A stretch of 64,000 nucleotides of DNA from the NCBI GenBank assembly GCA_043228905.1, contig JBHGNT010000003.1:21700001-21764000 (forward strand), read 5' to 3'. Under the pieces are notes generated by a model that worked only from the letters and a program-made list of their open reading frames with translations, was not told the origin of the DNA and did not search any database. Origin of the DNA: Azolla caroliniana. Its lineage: Eukaryota > Plantae > Polypodiophyta. This document shows, one piece after another, positions 24,501-36,873 of this stretch. Each line of letters begins with the position of its first letter. The stretch's first letter is position 1. The position numbers and the translations under genes were made by a program.

Positions 24501-26099
24501 TAGTACAACAAAAATGGGTGTTTGTGATGCCAAAAGTTGTCACAAAACACATCGATATTTGGCCCATCACCATGAGATGAGTTTATGTACAGGTGTCACA
24601 AAGCTCTACAACGCCACTCACGTAATGTGTCGCATAGGGACACTCCAAACCAGTAATCATGATGATTCCTCATTGTTATCATACTATCCATTGATGAATT
24701 AACACCCTCGTGTCCCACCTCTTATCTTGTTGGATCATCATGTTGGATGTGGAAGACTCACTTGGGTGATGTGTTGGTCTCGTTCAACCTCTAGAACATC
24801 CTGAGTTCCATGAATTTTCTGAAAATGATAGAACCCGAAAACTATAGAGAAATAGACAATATTAAAATGATAGAGCCCATAAATGGCACTTACCTTTGGA
24901 TTTTGTGGGGGATACATGTTTATCAAAATTTGTATCCATTAATGTGGCTATTTTTTGTGCATCAATCATAGGTGAGCACCATAATTTTTCATCTATAAAA
25001 TGAAAATAACATGAATTAGGATTAATTTTCATTTTATGCTTTCAAAAACTCAAACTCCAAACACAAATTTACACTTACGAAATGGACCTTAAAGCCTTTT
25101 ATGCCACCTCTTCCCAAGTGGGCATGACCCATGCATACAGAACCAAAGGTGACTTCCTATTTTATGATAGAAACACATTGACTTAGTGATACCATATAAT
25201 ATACAAGAAACTCACACAACTAACATAATAAATTATCAAGGAGACTAACCTTTTGTTGTTGGGATTGCACATTTAAGGGCACCTCTTTATGAAAATGTAT
25301 CCAAGTGTGTTTGTCCATAGACGATGACCTCATTACATTTGGTTCCAAAATTGCAATCCTAGTGTTTGACAAGTGAAAACTTATGTTAGATTGGTTCAAA
25401 AGTTTTTTTATTATCTTATGTACAATACATATTCAAATTCAAGTTGATCAAGAAAAGAGCTCCAAGAATTAGAACGAGGAGTATCTTTACGTTCCATGCC
25501 TCTTAGTCACACAACAAAGACATTGGGAGACCATCCAGTTCCTCTATGCGTTGATCATTGTTATATACATACAACAAAGATAGTATGGAGGATGGAATGG
25601 AGCATCATTGCCTCGTGATGGGAAGATTTTTAGTTTTTGAGGTAGGCGTTATATGATAACCTCATTCGCCATATCTCGCAATGTTGGACAAGGTTTGTTC
25701 ATCGCACAAGATGTATGTGTCCCTCCACATCCAAAAGTCACACTAACTATGGCATCCTTTTTTGAAGAGAGAGAATGCAAATTCATTGCCAATGGATATT
25801 TTCTTAACTTCACGACATTAGGTTGGGAGGATAAACACAAATTTAAATTTCAAGAATGCTAGATGGCAAGGGATGGATTGATTTCAATGCATGATGATAT
25901 TATGGTGGCTATCCAAAGAAGGATAATGTCATTTCATATGGCTAGAGTTACATTGGGGATTCCTACAAGTTATAGAATTGCTTGATTGAAGATTCAATGA
26001 TTGTGTTGCAAAGTCCATTCACTCGTTTCCTGTATTCTTCACCGGAGGTTAATGGGTCAAAGTTTACCAAAGTCAAAACAAGTAATGTCTTTCCCAAAT

Positions 26100-26540
26100 T
26101 AATAAAAAACATAACTAGATGGTGGAGAATTTGGTGAGAGAATGGGGAATTTTTAAGTCCATCATGTGGTGGCAACATGTGTTGAGATGGGGTGGCATTC
26201 CTTCTTTCGTTTAGAGCTAAGGTTTTCATTTTGGAGGGTTATGGTTGGCAGATAGCACATTTGAGAGACTCTCAAGGGGAGGAATGTTGCTTCTAAATTG
26301 TGTGGCTTTTGACAAAATACACGTTGTTTATCACTTGTTTAATGTCTAGATCTAATTTGACATATTTACGTGTGGATTTCTATTATAGAGGTTTTTAAAA
26401 TCTCTTTCCTCCAAATCGTGATTCCATGTTAATGGTCCACATTTTCAAATAGTTTCTACATTTCTTAAGGTATTGGGACTTGTGGAATGTTTGGAGATGT
26501 GGAATGCCTTTGTATTTGATTCACAAGCAAGAGCGCAAAG
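26100..26540 (+). mobile_element. Highly decayed L1-type LINE ORF2 C-terminus
   Basis: Frameshifted fragments RAKVF..WRVMVG and W..W....FVFD resemble the zf-RVT region. Confidence 0.35.
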
Positions 26541-27335
26541 ACATATTATGCAATTGAAAGGTAATTTTGCCTTTGCAATTTTTTATGTTGGAAACTTTTA
26601 TTGAGGTTATTCACATTAGGATATCCACATATGTATGTGTTATATTCAAATCACGTGTGGCCCTATTGTTATTGGTCATCCAACTAACATAACAATCTAA
26701 CAATTAATGTAATTGTATGACGAAATTGATTATAACTATAAAAGGAATAGGGATCAAATTCTAGGCCCATTATTAATATTGAGATATCTTATAATTAAAA
26801 CTTACATAATATGTAAGTAGGTATGTATATGTCATTGACAACATTTTAATGTCATACGCACAAATGGTGTGGTCAATACGATTGCCCCTTCCTATCTCTC
26901 TCTATAAAAGACGACAAGGAACAAAAAAAAGGACCCTTAGCCAATTGACACTTCCTCGGATAATTAGCAAAGTAGTAATTCTCTAAGCCCTCTTAGTCAA
27001 CATGTCATCAAAATATAGCTTTGATTCTCTTGTAATCTCCATTAGTAGAGTGAACTCCTAATTGACCACTATCGTTTGTAACATTGTCTTGCCATTGTTC
27101 CATTTACTATTAATCTACCTTGTTGTTTGACTCTTTTTTTTTTTCTTGCTATTAAGTACATAAAAATTTATAATGAAGTCAAATTCATGTGTGTATTAAT
27201 CATAATCCATCAACTAGCTATTATCGATCTTTGTGATTGGGAACAACCATTAGCAACATACCTTTAGTTTGGTGCCAACCCCTAGTTATTTGACAATAGA
27301 CATTGCAACCAAGACAACATTCACAAAATAGTCTT

Positions 27336-27337
<2 letters not shown>

Positions 27338-27366
<29 letters not shown>
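27338..27366. repeat. (GA)n microsatellite
   Basis: Direct reading of the sequence. Confidence 0.95.
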
Positions 27367-27370
<4 letters not shown>

Positions 27371-28571
27371 GATCAAGGAAATGCGGCTTCTTGGAGGGAT
27401 ATGCTCTCCCTACAAATCACCTAGACACACAAGAAATCAACCTAGCTTCACTACTAACTAAGAATCAACCAAAACGTGAGGCTAGGAGTATAAGAGAAAG
27501 CAATGGGTGCAAATGAGCATTGAATGCTCGACTATGACCAACAAATGAAATATGAAGGTGCATGCTCATGTGCTCTTAAGCAAGAAAATACATATTCAAT
27601 CATGGTTGCTTGAAGTATACCAATTCTATGTCTCACCCAAAGGGTAGTTTAATAGATTAGGTTGCTAATCTTAATGGCTAATTCAAAGAAGCTTTTGACC
27701 ATATCTCTAATCACAATCATATTGAGGATGAACTAGTGCTAACACCCCTCACATGTGCAAACAATAAAGAGCAACGAATTGTTTGGTGTACCAATCTATC
27801 CTTGCACACCTAGGGTCATGAAGGATGGTCCCATGACAAGGGCATTATAGAAAACATCCCCAAATCCAATACTCATCTCCACAATCTAGGATATCCAAAA
27901 GGCTATTCCATACATATGCACAAGTATCCCTTACGTTGGTCAAAATTTAATAAATAATCCAATGCAAAGACATTAGTAATAGCCCACAAATTTATATGCC
28001 ACACAGTAAAGATCCCCCCCTATGAGAACCTTCATAGCAAATGTCCACAATTCTAGGGTGCATCCTCAATGCATCAAACTTCCCAAAGATTGTTCTTTGT
28101 CCCAAACCCCTCGGGGTGGGGGGGGGGGATTATTCATTTAGATTATGTGGCCGTGGTATGAGGTTTCAAACATGATTTTTCCAACATCGGAGGCACTCCA
28201 TTTGACTTTGCTCAAATAGTTGAGATAGAAACTATAAAATTACGTCATGGAAATTCCAGCTTACAAAAACATTTTTTGCATTTAATCACAAACCAATATA
28301 CACACGGTTCTCCATGCAAAATCAATGCTTGCAGAGATTGACTGATAAAAAAAAGAATATTTACAATCAAGTAATACGTAAAAACTTGAATGATTCCTAC
28401 CCTTTGTTCACTGTACAACCAAAGGCTATATAGGAATGAACATAAAAGCACACGAATCGAAATCCTATCCTGGATTGTCGATGCTCTTTAACAATATGTA
28501 CAGAACTAACTACCATCATTCATAAGGCTTTTAATATCTATCCTATTCTAAGCTAAGAGAATAGCCATTGA

Positions 28572-30737
28572 TTAAAACTGGCATGAAATTCCAAGTCTCT
28601 GCCTATGACCACCATTCTGATTAGACTTGACCACTAATGCTTCCTCCAAAAGCTCCTTGAAATTATCTAAGAAACAGTTCCATTCCTTATCGCTCATATC
28701 CCCTAGCGAGAAAGCCGGTGGGACATTAGCCTTTCCTATCGCTTCAGATGGTGGCACCTTATGTTCATGGTGATAGTCCATATATCCCTGGTTCCTGTGG
28801 ATAAAACTAATGCTTTTGTATGACCTTGATTTAGGTGATGATGCAGACATTTTGAACTCGGTTAGCCAATCCTTATGTTTCGTTTCAAACACATTCATCT
28901 CCTCTTCCTCCACCAATGAATGCAATTCCTCCTCTTCCTCCACCAATGGCTGAAACTCTGCCATTACTATTGGATGAAATTCTGATCTTATCATTGGACT
29001 ATGTTGACCCTTTGTATTGTTTCTGGGAGACATTATCCCTAACCTGCTTAGTCCATTACTTGCCTCCGAAGCTCTAACAATGCTAAATGGTTTGATAGCT
29101 GGTCTACAATCAGGCAAGTTCAACATATCAAATTCTCCTTCCCCCACAAAAGCAGGTTTGGGACCATTAACAGGTGATTCAGGACAGTATCTTCCACCAG
29201 GTATAGCTTTTTTTGAAAGAGATGGGGAGGATTCTTCATCACCCCCTATAAATGCAGAGAATACACTATCCTCGTCCTCGTCCATTTCAAACTCAAACTG
29301 CTCATACATGCCTTCCTCAGAATGAACCAAAATGGCATCATCGTCATCACCATCACCATAGTCTTTTAAGCTCTCCATAACCTCTTTTGCTTGCATGCAA
29401 AGAAGCTCAAGCTGACTAGCCCCTCCAATACCGTCTCTGCTCATCATTTCTCCAATCTCAGCTAGACACAAACCATCTTCAGCTCCTCTTTTAAGGACTA
29501 GGGTAGAAAGAATCAGTACCCTGAGACAAGCCTCTCTCAGAGTAGGCAGCTCTTGACGAAGCATTTCTGCATCTTTATATTCATCAAGAACTTGAATATA
29601 AGCAAGCTCCTCCTCAGAAAAAGGTAATGATGATTGAGGCCAGTGCAACCATTCGAAATATGGATCTCCAAGTGATTCTGGGAGACAAAGTCCATGATCT
29701 ATAGGGATGAGGTCCAACGCTTCATTCACAACATTAGAGAAATTATCAACAGCTTTCCCTCGTTGTACCAGTATGTTCCCTGCATGTCTGTCTGTGTTAA
29801 AGATTCTAATGTCAAGAATGCCAATCCTATGTACCGCTGACACTGAAAATCGAGAGCTACCATGATCACTTGCATCAAAGTCATGGCTTACAAATTGCTG
29901 ACAAGACGCAATTTTTTCAACAAGCAAAAAAGACTCATCGTCGGAGCCTGAGACACCAACATTCATGTGAAATGCATGGTGAGAAACCTTGACTAATGCA
30001 GTTGGTGGTACTCTGGCAAAATGCTTATGATCAAGAAGGTATGCTGCAACCTCTCTTACCCCTGTCTCTCCAACTCTTACACCCCTATTAAGGCCAAGCT
30101 CACCCAAACTCTTACCTACAAAACCTTTTGGGTTATTTGGAGCAAAAGGCTCTTCGTCATTAGGCTTCACAATGGCAACATTTTCTCCTCTGGTATTTCT
30201 GAAATAATATGCACCTCCCATACCTCCTGTCACAGAAACCGGCTCTATTTCATGCTCAATGCCCTGAACAATTTCCTTAATGATACTTTTCATCTTCTGG
30301 CAGCACCTCAAACTCCCAACAACTTCAAAATGATGAGCATTGCCTTTCCCTGTTTCTGTATCTTTCTTCAGCAAGGAACATGAATTTGGAAGAACTCTAT
30401 TTGAAGGTGAAGATTGGAGTTTATTTCTTGCCTCTCTAAGGTCCCTTTTTTGCACATCAGTCTTCTTGCACAAGTCAAGCCCAGACTTAATCTTTTTGTC
30501 AGTTATGTGAGCATTTCCAGACCCATTGCGATCTATCCCAGATTGAATCCTCCTTTCACTTATCTGCGTATTTCCATGGCCATTACAATCAATCGCAAGC
30601 ACATTCCTAACATTGGGGATTAGCAGAAGATTCCTACTTCCAACAGGTCTACTGTAAGATCCTCTAGATCTACTCTGAAGCCCCTCTGGTACTGGTTGAG
30701 CTAGCTGAGTCTCCACAGGACTATCACGAGGAGGCAT
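28572..30737 (-). CDS. PI4KG: Type II phosphatidylinositol 4-kinase gamma (PI4K gamma 5/6/7-like), 721 aa, CDS without introns
   Basis: N-terminus DSPVETQLA, GGMGGAYYF, VKPNDEEPFAPNNPKG, GETGVREVAAYLLD, DIRIFNTDRHAGN, PIDHGLCLPE and C-terminus QRLGISCQF. Confidence 0.95.
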   Translation of the reverse strand: MPPRDSPVETQLAQPVPEGLQSRSRGSYSRPVGSRNLLLIPNVRNVLAIDCNGHGNTQISERRIQSGIDRNGSGNAHITDKKIKSGLDLCKKTDVQKRDLREARNKLQSSPSNRVLPNSCSLLKKDTETGKGNAHHFEVVGSLRCCQKMKSIIKEIVQGIEHEIEPVSVTGGMGGAYYFRNTRGENVAIVKPNDEEPFAPNNPKGFVGKSLGELGLNRGVRVGETGVREVAAYLLDHKHFARVPPTALVKVSHHAFHMNVGVSGSDDESFLLVEKIASCQQFVSHDFDASDHGSSRFSVSAVHRIGILDIRIFNTDRHAGNILVQRGKAVDNFSNVVNEALDLIPIDHGLCLPESLGDPYFEWLHWPQSSLPFSEEELAYIQVLDEYKDAEMLRQELPTLREACLRVLILSTLVLKRGAEDGLCLAEIGEMMSRDGIGGASQLELLCMQAKEVMESLKDYGDGDDDDAILVHSEEGMYEQFEFEMDEDEDSVFSAFIGGDEESSPSLSKKAIPGGRYCPESPVNGPKPAFVGEGEFDMLNLPDCRPAIKPFSIVRASEASNGLSRLGIMSPRNNTKGQHSPMIRSEFHPIVMAEFQPLVEEEEELHSLVEEEEMNVFETKHKDWLTEFKMSASSPKSRSYKSISFIHRNQGYMDYHHEHKVPPSEAIGKANVPPAFSLGDMSDKEWNCFLDNFKELLEEALVVKSNQNGGHRQRLGISCQF

Positions 30738-30750
30738 GGCTATAATATTG

Positions 30751-30882
30751 TTAAGGCTCAGCTAGCCACGGACACAGATCACAAACAGTCCACTCCTGTC
30801 TTAGATTATGATACTCACTACAGCTTGGATTATTCCGAATTATCGGCCTTCAGTATGTAATGATTTTCTCGCCACGCTCCAT
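30751..30882 (-). promoter_or_regulatory. 5' leader uORF(s) of PI4K gamma
   Basis: After the acceptor TTCCAG| at 30885 there is an AUG uORF MERGEKIITY* (30882-30850). An in-frame 32-codon stretch RPIIRNNPSCSEYHNLRQEWTVCDLCPWLAEP* (30849-30751) follows and ends 13 nt before the main ATG. Confidence 0.55.
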
Positions 30883-31383
30883 TTCTGGAACCAAAAAGAG
30901 TATCAGATATCCATTCACAAGAGAATATATACACCATACCACGATCTTTCAGCTTTCCACCATTGCAGTTGCAACAAAAACAGTTCATGTATGGGTAACT
31001 AACCAATTTGAGTAGAATTAGCAGTTCAAATTTAGAACAGCATGCATTCTAATTCCATAATGACGGTCAAGATACTTTCTACATACTACAATTACCTTGG
31101 AAATGTTTGCCTTTGAAAAAAAACAACTTAGTGGAATTTAACAATATCACCATGCATGCTAAATCCACAATGATAGTCAGGGTGGCTTCCACATATTACA
31201 ATTACCTTGGAATGTATATCTTTTGACATAATAATTCCACAATGATGATCAGGAAACCTTCCATACATTAGGATTACCTTCGAAATATATGCCTTTGACA
31301 TAAACATAGCCAAATTGAATTTAACCGAATCAGCATAGTCCAAATACAAACAGAATTTGCCTAAATACCTAAAGAATCTCCAT

Positions 31384-31592
31384 GCATAAATGCCTGAATA
31401 ACCCATAGCACGTCTATATCTTTGATACATACATGCATTAGCTTTAAGCTCTGTTCTACAAAATCTAATGTCTGAAAGTTAAAGAATCCCCAAGCATAAA
31501 TGCCTGAATAACACATAGCACGGTTATATCTTTGATACATACACGCATTAGCTTTAAGCTCTGTTCTACAAAATCTAATGTCTAAAAGTTAA
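31384..31592 (+). repeat. ~109-bp-period tandem duplication in the PI4K 5' intron
   Basis: GCATAAATGCCTGAATAAC...CTAATGTCT.AAAGTTAA occurs at 31384 and 31493. Confidence 0.9.
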
Positions 31593-32530
31593 TAGCGTCA
31601 GATTACCTCGGCTTGTGCAGCAGTACATAAATCAATAAAGTCTAAGCTATATTTCTCCAAGCAAATTAAATTGAAGTTTTGGTTCAGCAGCAAGATACAA
31701 AATCTCCAGCAACAACAGAGATAAAAACACAAAGGGTAAAACGAGAAGGCTAATATGAGATGCAGATAAAAACCAAAGTAAACGTAAACTCATAGATCCT
31801 CAAAGTTCTGCAAATTAGAAGGCTTAAAAACTTCACCTGATTTGGCCAATGGAATGTATTCTGTATATTTAGCTCGCCATGGAAACTAGGACGAGTACTG
31901 ACTGCAGAGAACAGAAGAAAGGCTAAATCTAAACTCCAAAGCATGCAGAAAAACATACACAAAAGAGATATCACCGTACCTTCCTTACAGACCAAATGTT
32001 CAAAGTAATTTTAAGTTTTACGCCAGCTTACCCCTGTCGCTCGTCTATTTATCCATGTGAACCAGCACCGAGCTCTGAATTCAGCAGAAATATTCAGTAC
32101 TGCATGCAGGGGAAGAGAAGACTAAATAGCACAAAACGTTCTAAAGGATAAAGAAAAACAGCAGAATTAAAACACGATTAAAGGTCTTAATTTCAGAATA
32201 AAGAAGATGAGAACCTACGTATATCAACAATTCCCTGAAAAAATGCCAAAGGAATGCAGAGAAAACGACAGAACCAAAACTTTATCAGGGGATCTCACTT
32301 TAGGAGCAACAGAATCAAGATGATGAGAACCTGGAGAAGAAAGGAAAGTTTCAATCCAAAAGCCATTAGAGAATGCAGGAAAGAAAAATTTGGAAAAGCA
32401 ACAGGAGTATATTTCCACGGACCTGAGGGGAAGAGCTTCTTCTGATTGCCAGGTAGAAATGCAGGAAGGAGAGAAATCTCGGAGCTTCCTGTGTCTGCGC
32501 GAGAGGGGTGAAGCTCTTCAGATCTGACAA

Positions 32531-32686
32531 AGAAGAAGAAGAAGAAGAAGAAGAAGAAGATGATGGTGATGGTGATGATGATGAAGGGTTTAACTTTTCC
32601 TTTATTATCATTTCCTTAATTAAATTCCCAGTTCTTAATCACCTCTTAATCACCTCTTAATCACCTCTTAATCACTCCTTAATCAC
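32531..32686 (-). promoter_or_regulatory. Likely PI4K 5'UTR/core promoter with a (TTC)n tract and an 11-bp tandem repeat
   Basis: (GAA)n at 32531-32560 forms a pyrimidine tract on the minus strand. About 4.5 copies of CTTAATCACCT lie at 32634-32686. Confidence 0.45.
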
Positions 32687-34767
32687 ATGAGGGGAGTGTG
32701 AGATCTGAACCGTCCATCCATCCATCCGTAAACTGTCCGGCGCGATCTTGCCCGTCCATTCTGATCGTGTCCGCTCGATCCCCTTTCTAAATATAGTCAC
32801 CGCCGCGATTATCCTTCGCTTTTTTATGTATTGTGTGAGTCCTTTTCATTTCCCCTGCATGAAAGCTTTTCTAATTACCACTATGAAACTCGTAAATCTA
32901 CCCAATGAATGTCTGACACATGTCTCCGCCCCTCTTATGGAAAGGAAACCTAATGACTCTATTTTAGTTAAAACATGACAAATGCTCACCACCCTTCAAG
33001 AAATGTTTACATATGTATTACATTGGTAAATTGTCTGTCAACATGTATGTACGGAGCTTGGAGGCGATTTGTTGTGATTTGCACTCCTCTTACACATGCA
33101 AGAGAATAACATCCGAAAATAGTCTACCGGCACGTTGACAACATTGTTTATTGCCAAGTCTATGATCATAGATTGGGCACAACAACTCTACAATTGCATG
33201 TTGTGAGAAATCTTTGCATAGTTTTGCAAACCTTAGGTGGCAAGAACACATACACCGTAATGCCAATATCCATTACCTTGCTTGTCATACATATATATGA
33301 TATAGTTTTAAAATCTTATGAACATATATTGTGTTTATATATTATCATTATTTGGCAATTATGAATTATGAATCGGTAAATATACATATACATCATGTTG
33401 TGCATTAGCATATGTAATGTATTCTCCCTCACTCTTACATCCAAGTTGCATGTCACATATATCTCATCTATTTGAGGGTGTATTGCTCTTTCTCTAATGT
33501 GTATGTGGCATTTTTATATGTAGCTTCAACATGTACAATCCCTGTTTGTGTTATGTAAAGTATACTTTGTGTACGGGTACATGCATGTATATTTTGGACA
33601 TTGTGAGTACGTATTCTCCAATTTTTCTCTTCCCTTGAGCATGTTGTCAATTGGTACGTCAATCATGATTCAATCAAATTTCTATTTCCTTTTTTTTGGA
33701 TCAAAGTTATTTGTTACTATTATTTATCATGGTATATGTATGGTATGCAAGCATGTCATGCCATATGAGGTTTAGTGTGGATAAGTGTAATTTTCTATCT
33801 TCACCGAAAAGACATTATTATGTTATGTATCTCACTCAAGCTTAAGAAACTCTGTCATTGGTGGTACATATTGGCTCCCAAATAAGGCGTTTTTTTCCAT
33901 TGCTAATATAATGACTCTCAACACATGTTTTGGGCAAGCTATTGTTGATCTTTAGGTACTCATTTGAAATTTTCATGTGAATGATTCTTCTTATATCTCT
34001 TACCCCTCATGAAGTTTCCATGCCTTTTTGAGAATAACATACAAAAGTTGTCTATGTTAGTAATCTACTTCTTGTAGGCATATGATTGTAATAGTTATTG
34101 TCAAGCTGCTCTTGTAATTATTTTGCATTTAACTACTCATTGTGATTAATATATTAATGACCAACAAATTTATGAAATAAGTGAGATAATAATTAGAATG
34201 GTGGTGTACAAATTAAGCACCAAATTTTACATCTTAATTTGTTAGATTGGATTGTGGAAGTGTAAAGTTTGTTACTCCCATATTGTGTTCAAGCATAAAG
34301 CACCAACTTGTTAGATTGGATGGTGGGATGCGTAAAGTCACTTAATGTGACACATAGACAATGCTTACAGGTTATGTTTAAGCACCTAATTATTTTTAGA
34401 AGTTGCATTATGTGAAACCACAACCTACACTCAAATTACCTTTGACGATGTATTATAAGCTCTAGGCTTTCAAGGAACTTCAAGGAAGAGGATGCTATTT
34501 TTATGTTCAAAAGGATGATGTTGCTCAACCACTCCAGTCATGCACATCCATGTATTGCAAGCTTACATGAATAAAGCCCTTAGCTTTTGTATATTCTAAT
34601 TAAGGTCATACAACCTTAAACTTGGATATATTGGGGGAACTATTATTACTCATTTGTATAAACCAACATTTTTTTGCATTATATTAAATGCAAGTAGAAA
34701 TTGTCACCAAATTAGCTACATAAGTTATCCTTATATACAAACCAAACTAAAGTGTTTTAGATTAAAT

Positions 34768-35323
34768 TGTTAGCCGGTCGGCTACTCGAAGGATAAAAGG
34801 TCAACAAGTCGGAGTCAAAGTTGATGTCGAAGTCGAACAGTATGAAAAGACAGATTTTAAAATGTAATTTTTGCTGAGGATAAAAATATATAGTAATTTA
34901 GGAATAGCACAGTTTTGTATAATTGTAGGTTCTTGCCGAACATGCAAGTGTATGATCTTGGAAAAGACTCTCAAGTCGCCTATAAAAAGGGACTGAGGGC
35001 ATTGTATGATTATTGTTCTATTTTGGTTTTAATATAGTTTTTGTAGTTAGAGGATTTCTGTGTCGATTGTTCTGTCATTCTTTGTATACTTATTTACTGT
35101 GTTCGAATTATTCTCTACTACACCGATTATGTTATACTAAAAGTCGATCAGGATCATATGTCCTAGTTCTATGTAATTAGGTTTTGGAGTGACCGTTGTT
35201 TTACATCAAGTTCTGAGTGAGTGTCGACACATACCATCTCTCCAACCACAATCATCTTGATAGAAGGTTCTTGGTAATAAGACGTTCGACCTATTGTGTC
35301 TGTCAGTTGTCGGTAGAACAACA
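34768..35323 (+). mobile_element. Solo LTR (556 bp) with a 5-bp TSD
   Basis: TGTT...AACA termini, TAAAT on both flanks (34763-34767 and 35324-35328) and an internal CCTATAAAAAGGG. Confidence 0.85.
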
Positions 35324-36220
35324 TAAATGCAAATTGAAGTCGTCGCCTAGGTTTATGACCTCATAGGAGGTGGTGCTTCTTCAAGAATGATCCATTAAAT
35401 CAATCACCCAAGTACAAACGACATGAATTCTACTAAGGATGAGTAGGTTGGAAGAATCAAGAATCTCATTTTAATATTGGGAAAACTTCCTTGACCATGA
35501 AAAACCATAGACATTAACTTTCTGTGAAGGCTTTGATCAAAGTTTGACGTCCCTACTAAGCACATCCAAACTAAGATTTAGGAAATAATTAAGAAAATTG
35601 TCCAAAACTGCATGCATGATTTGTCTACCAAATTATCTACATTAGCTTTGTTCAAAGCCAAGCTCCTATAATCAATTCACATAAAAACTAATATTAAGGA
35701 TTAGCCGAACTAATAATCATAATTCTCAATAATATTCTGAATTACATTAGTGTTTCAAGTTCAGTTTTTCTTATTTGAACACAATAAGTAGTAAGAGCCA
35801 CTAGGGTTCAAAACTTCAACAAATGGGTTTTCTAATTATGACTTCTAACTCTCAACTATTACATGTCAACTTTTCAAAATAGAGAGTGCATAGCAATTTG
35901 CATGCTATAAGTGACCTTGATTTCAATAGAGCATTTTTGGGCAATTACTGAATTAAGCAAAAAATACTTCCCAGATTTCAGAAATATCAGAGCTAGATTT
36001 GGTAGAACAATACTGATGCTAGGGTGCCATTATCTCTTCCAAGATATTAATCACAAATCCTATGGCGCTCACAAATATTTTGCCTTGCTTCCACGAAACC
36101 ACACAAACATATACATAAGAATGCTCATTCTCTCTTTCAGCATATACCGTAGGAATCCTTGTGAGAAATTACTGCTTCTTTCGAACACATACTTGTAATT
36201 TCCTCGATAGAACAGGAGAT

Positions 36221-36639
36221 AAATATTTTCATAATAAAAACTAGCACTCTGCACTCCAGCAAACTTGAAAATGAATAAAATCTTCATAACGAGCTTCATA
36301 AACAAATGACCTTCGTAATGGGTTTCACAATAGAATCATCGCATGCTGGTCAACAAAGGACATATTTCTATGGCAAAATATGTTGCAAACATGTACAAGA
36401 GGAAATAATCCGCGATTCAACTGATGTAGAAAACAAATATTTTCACAATAAAAATTTGCGCTCTGCACTGCAGCAAACTTGAAAATGAATAAAACCTTCA
36501 TAATGAGTTTCATAAATAAATGACCTTCATAATGACTTTCACAATAGCATCATTGCATAACACAAAAAGAACAAATTTCTATAGCAATATATGTAGCGAA
36601 CTTGTATAAGAGAAAATAATCCGCGATTCAACTGTTGTA
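36221..36639 (+). repeat. ~214-bp diverged tandem duplication downstream of ZRF1
   Basis: AAATATTTTC...CAGCAAACTTGAAAATGAATAAAA...AATAATCCGCGATTCAACTG occurs at 36221 and 36435. Confidence 0.88.
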
Positions 36640-36873
36640 GCAAAAACATGTAAAAAATGAGAGATTTTGCCGGAATGTATAAGGGGGTTTGGCCAGGCAT
36701 ACCATATAAATCTGGACATATATCCATCTAATCAACAGAACAATGTTTTTTACCATCTAGCATGCACGCCGAAGAAGATTTAACTTGGTTTTGAGCAAAT
36801 GAATATCCTCATGAAAAATTACTCAAATGCTTCTTCTTCTTCTTTTCAAAAAAGAAAAAACCCAAATTTGTCT

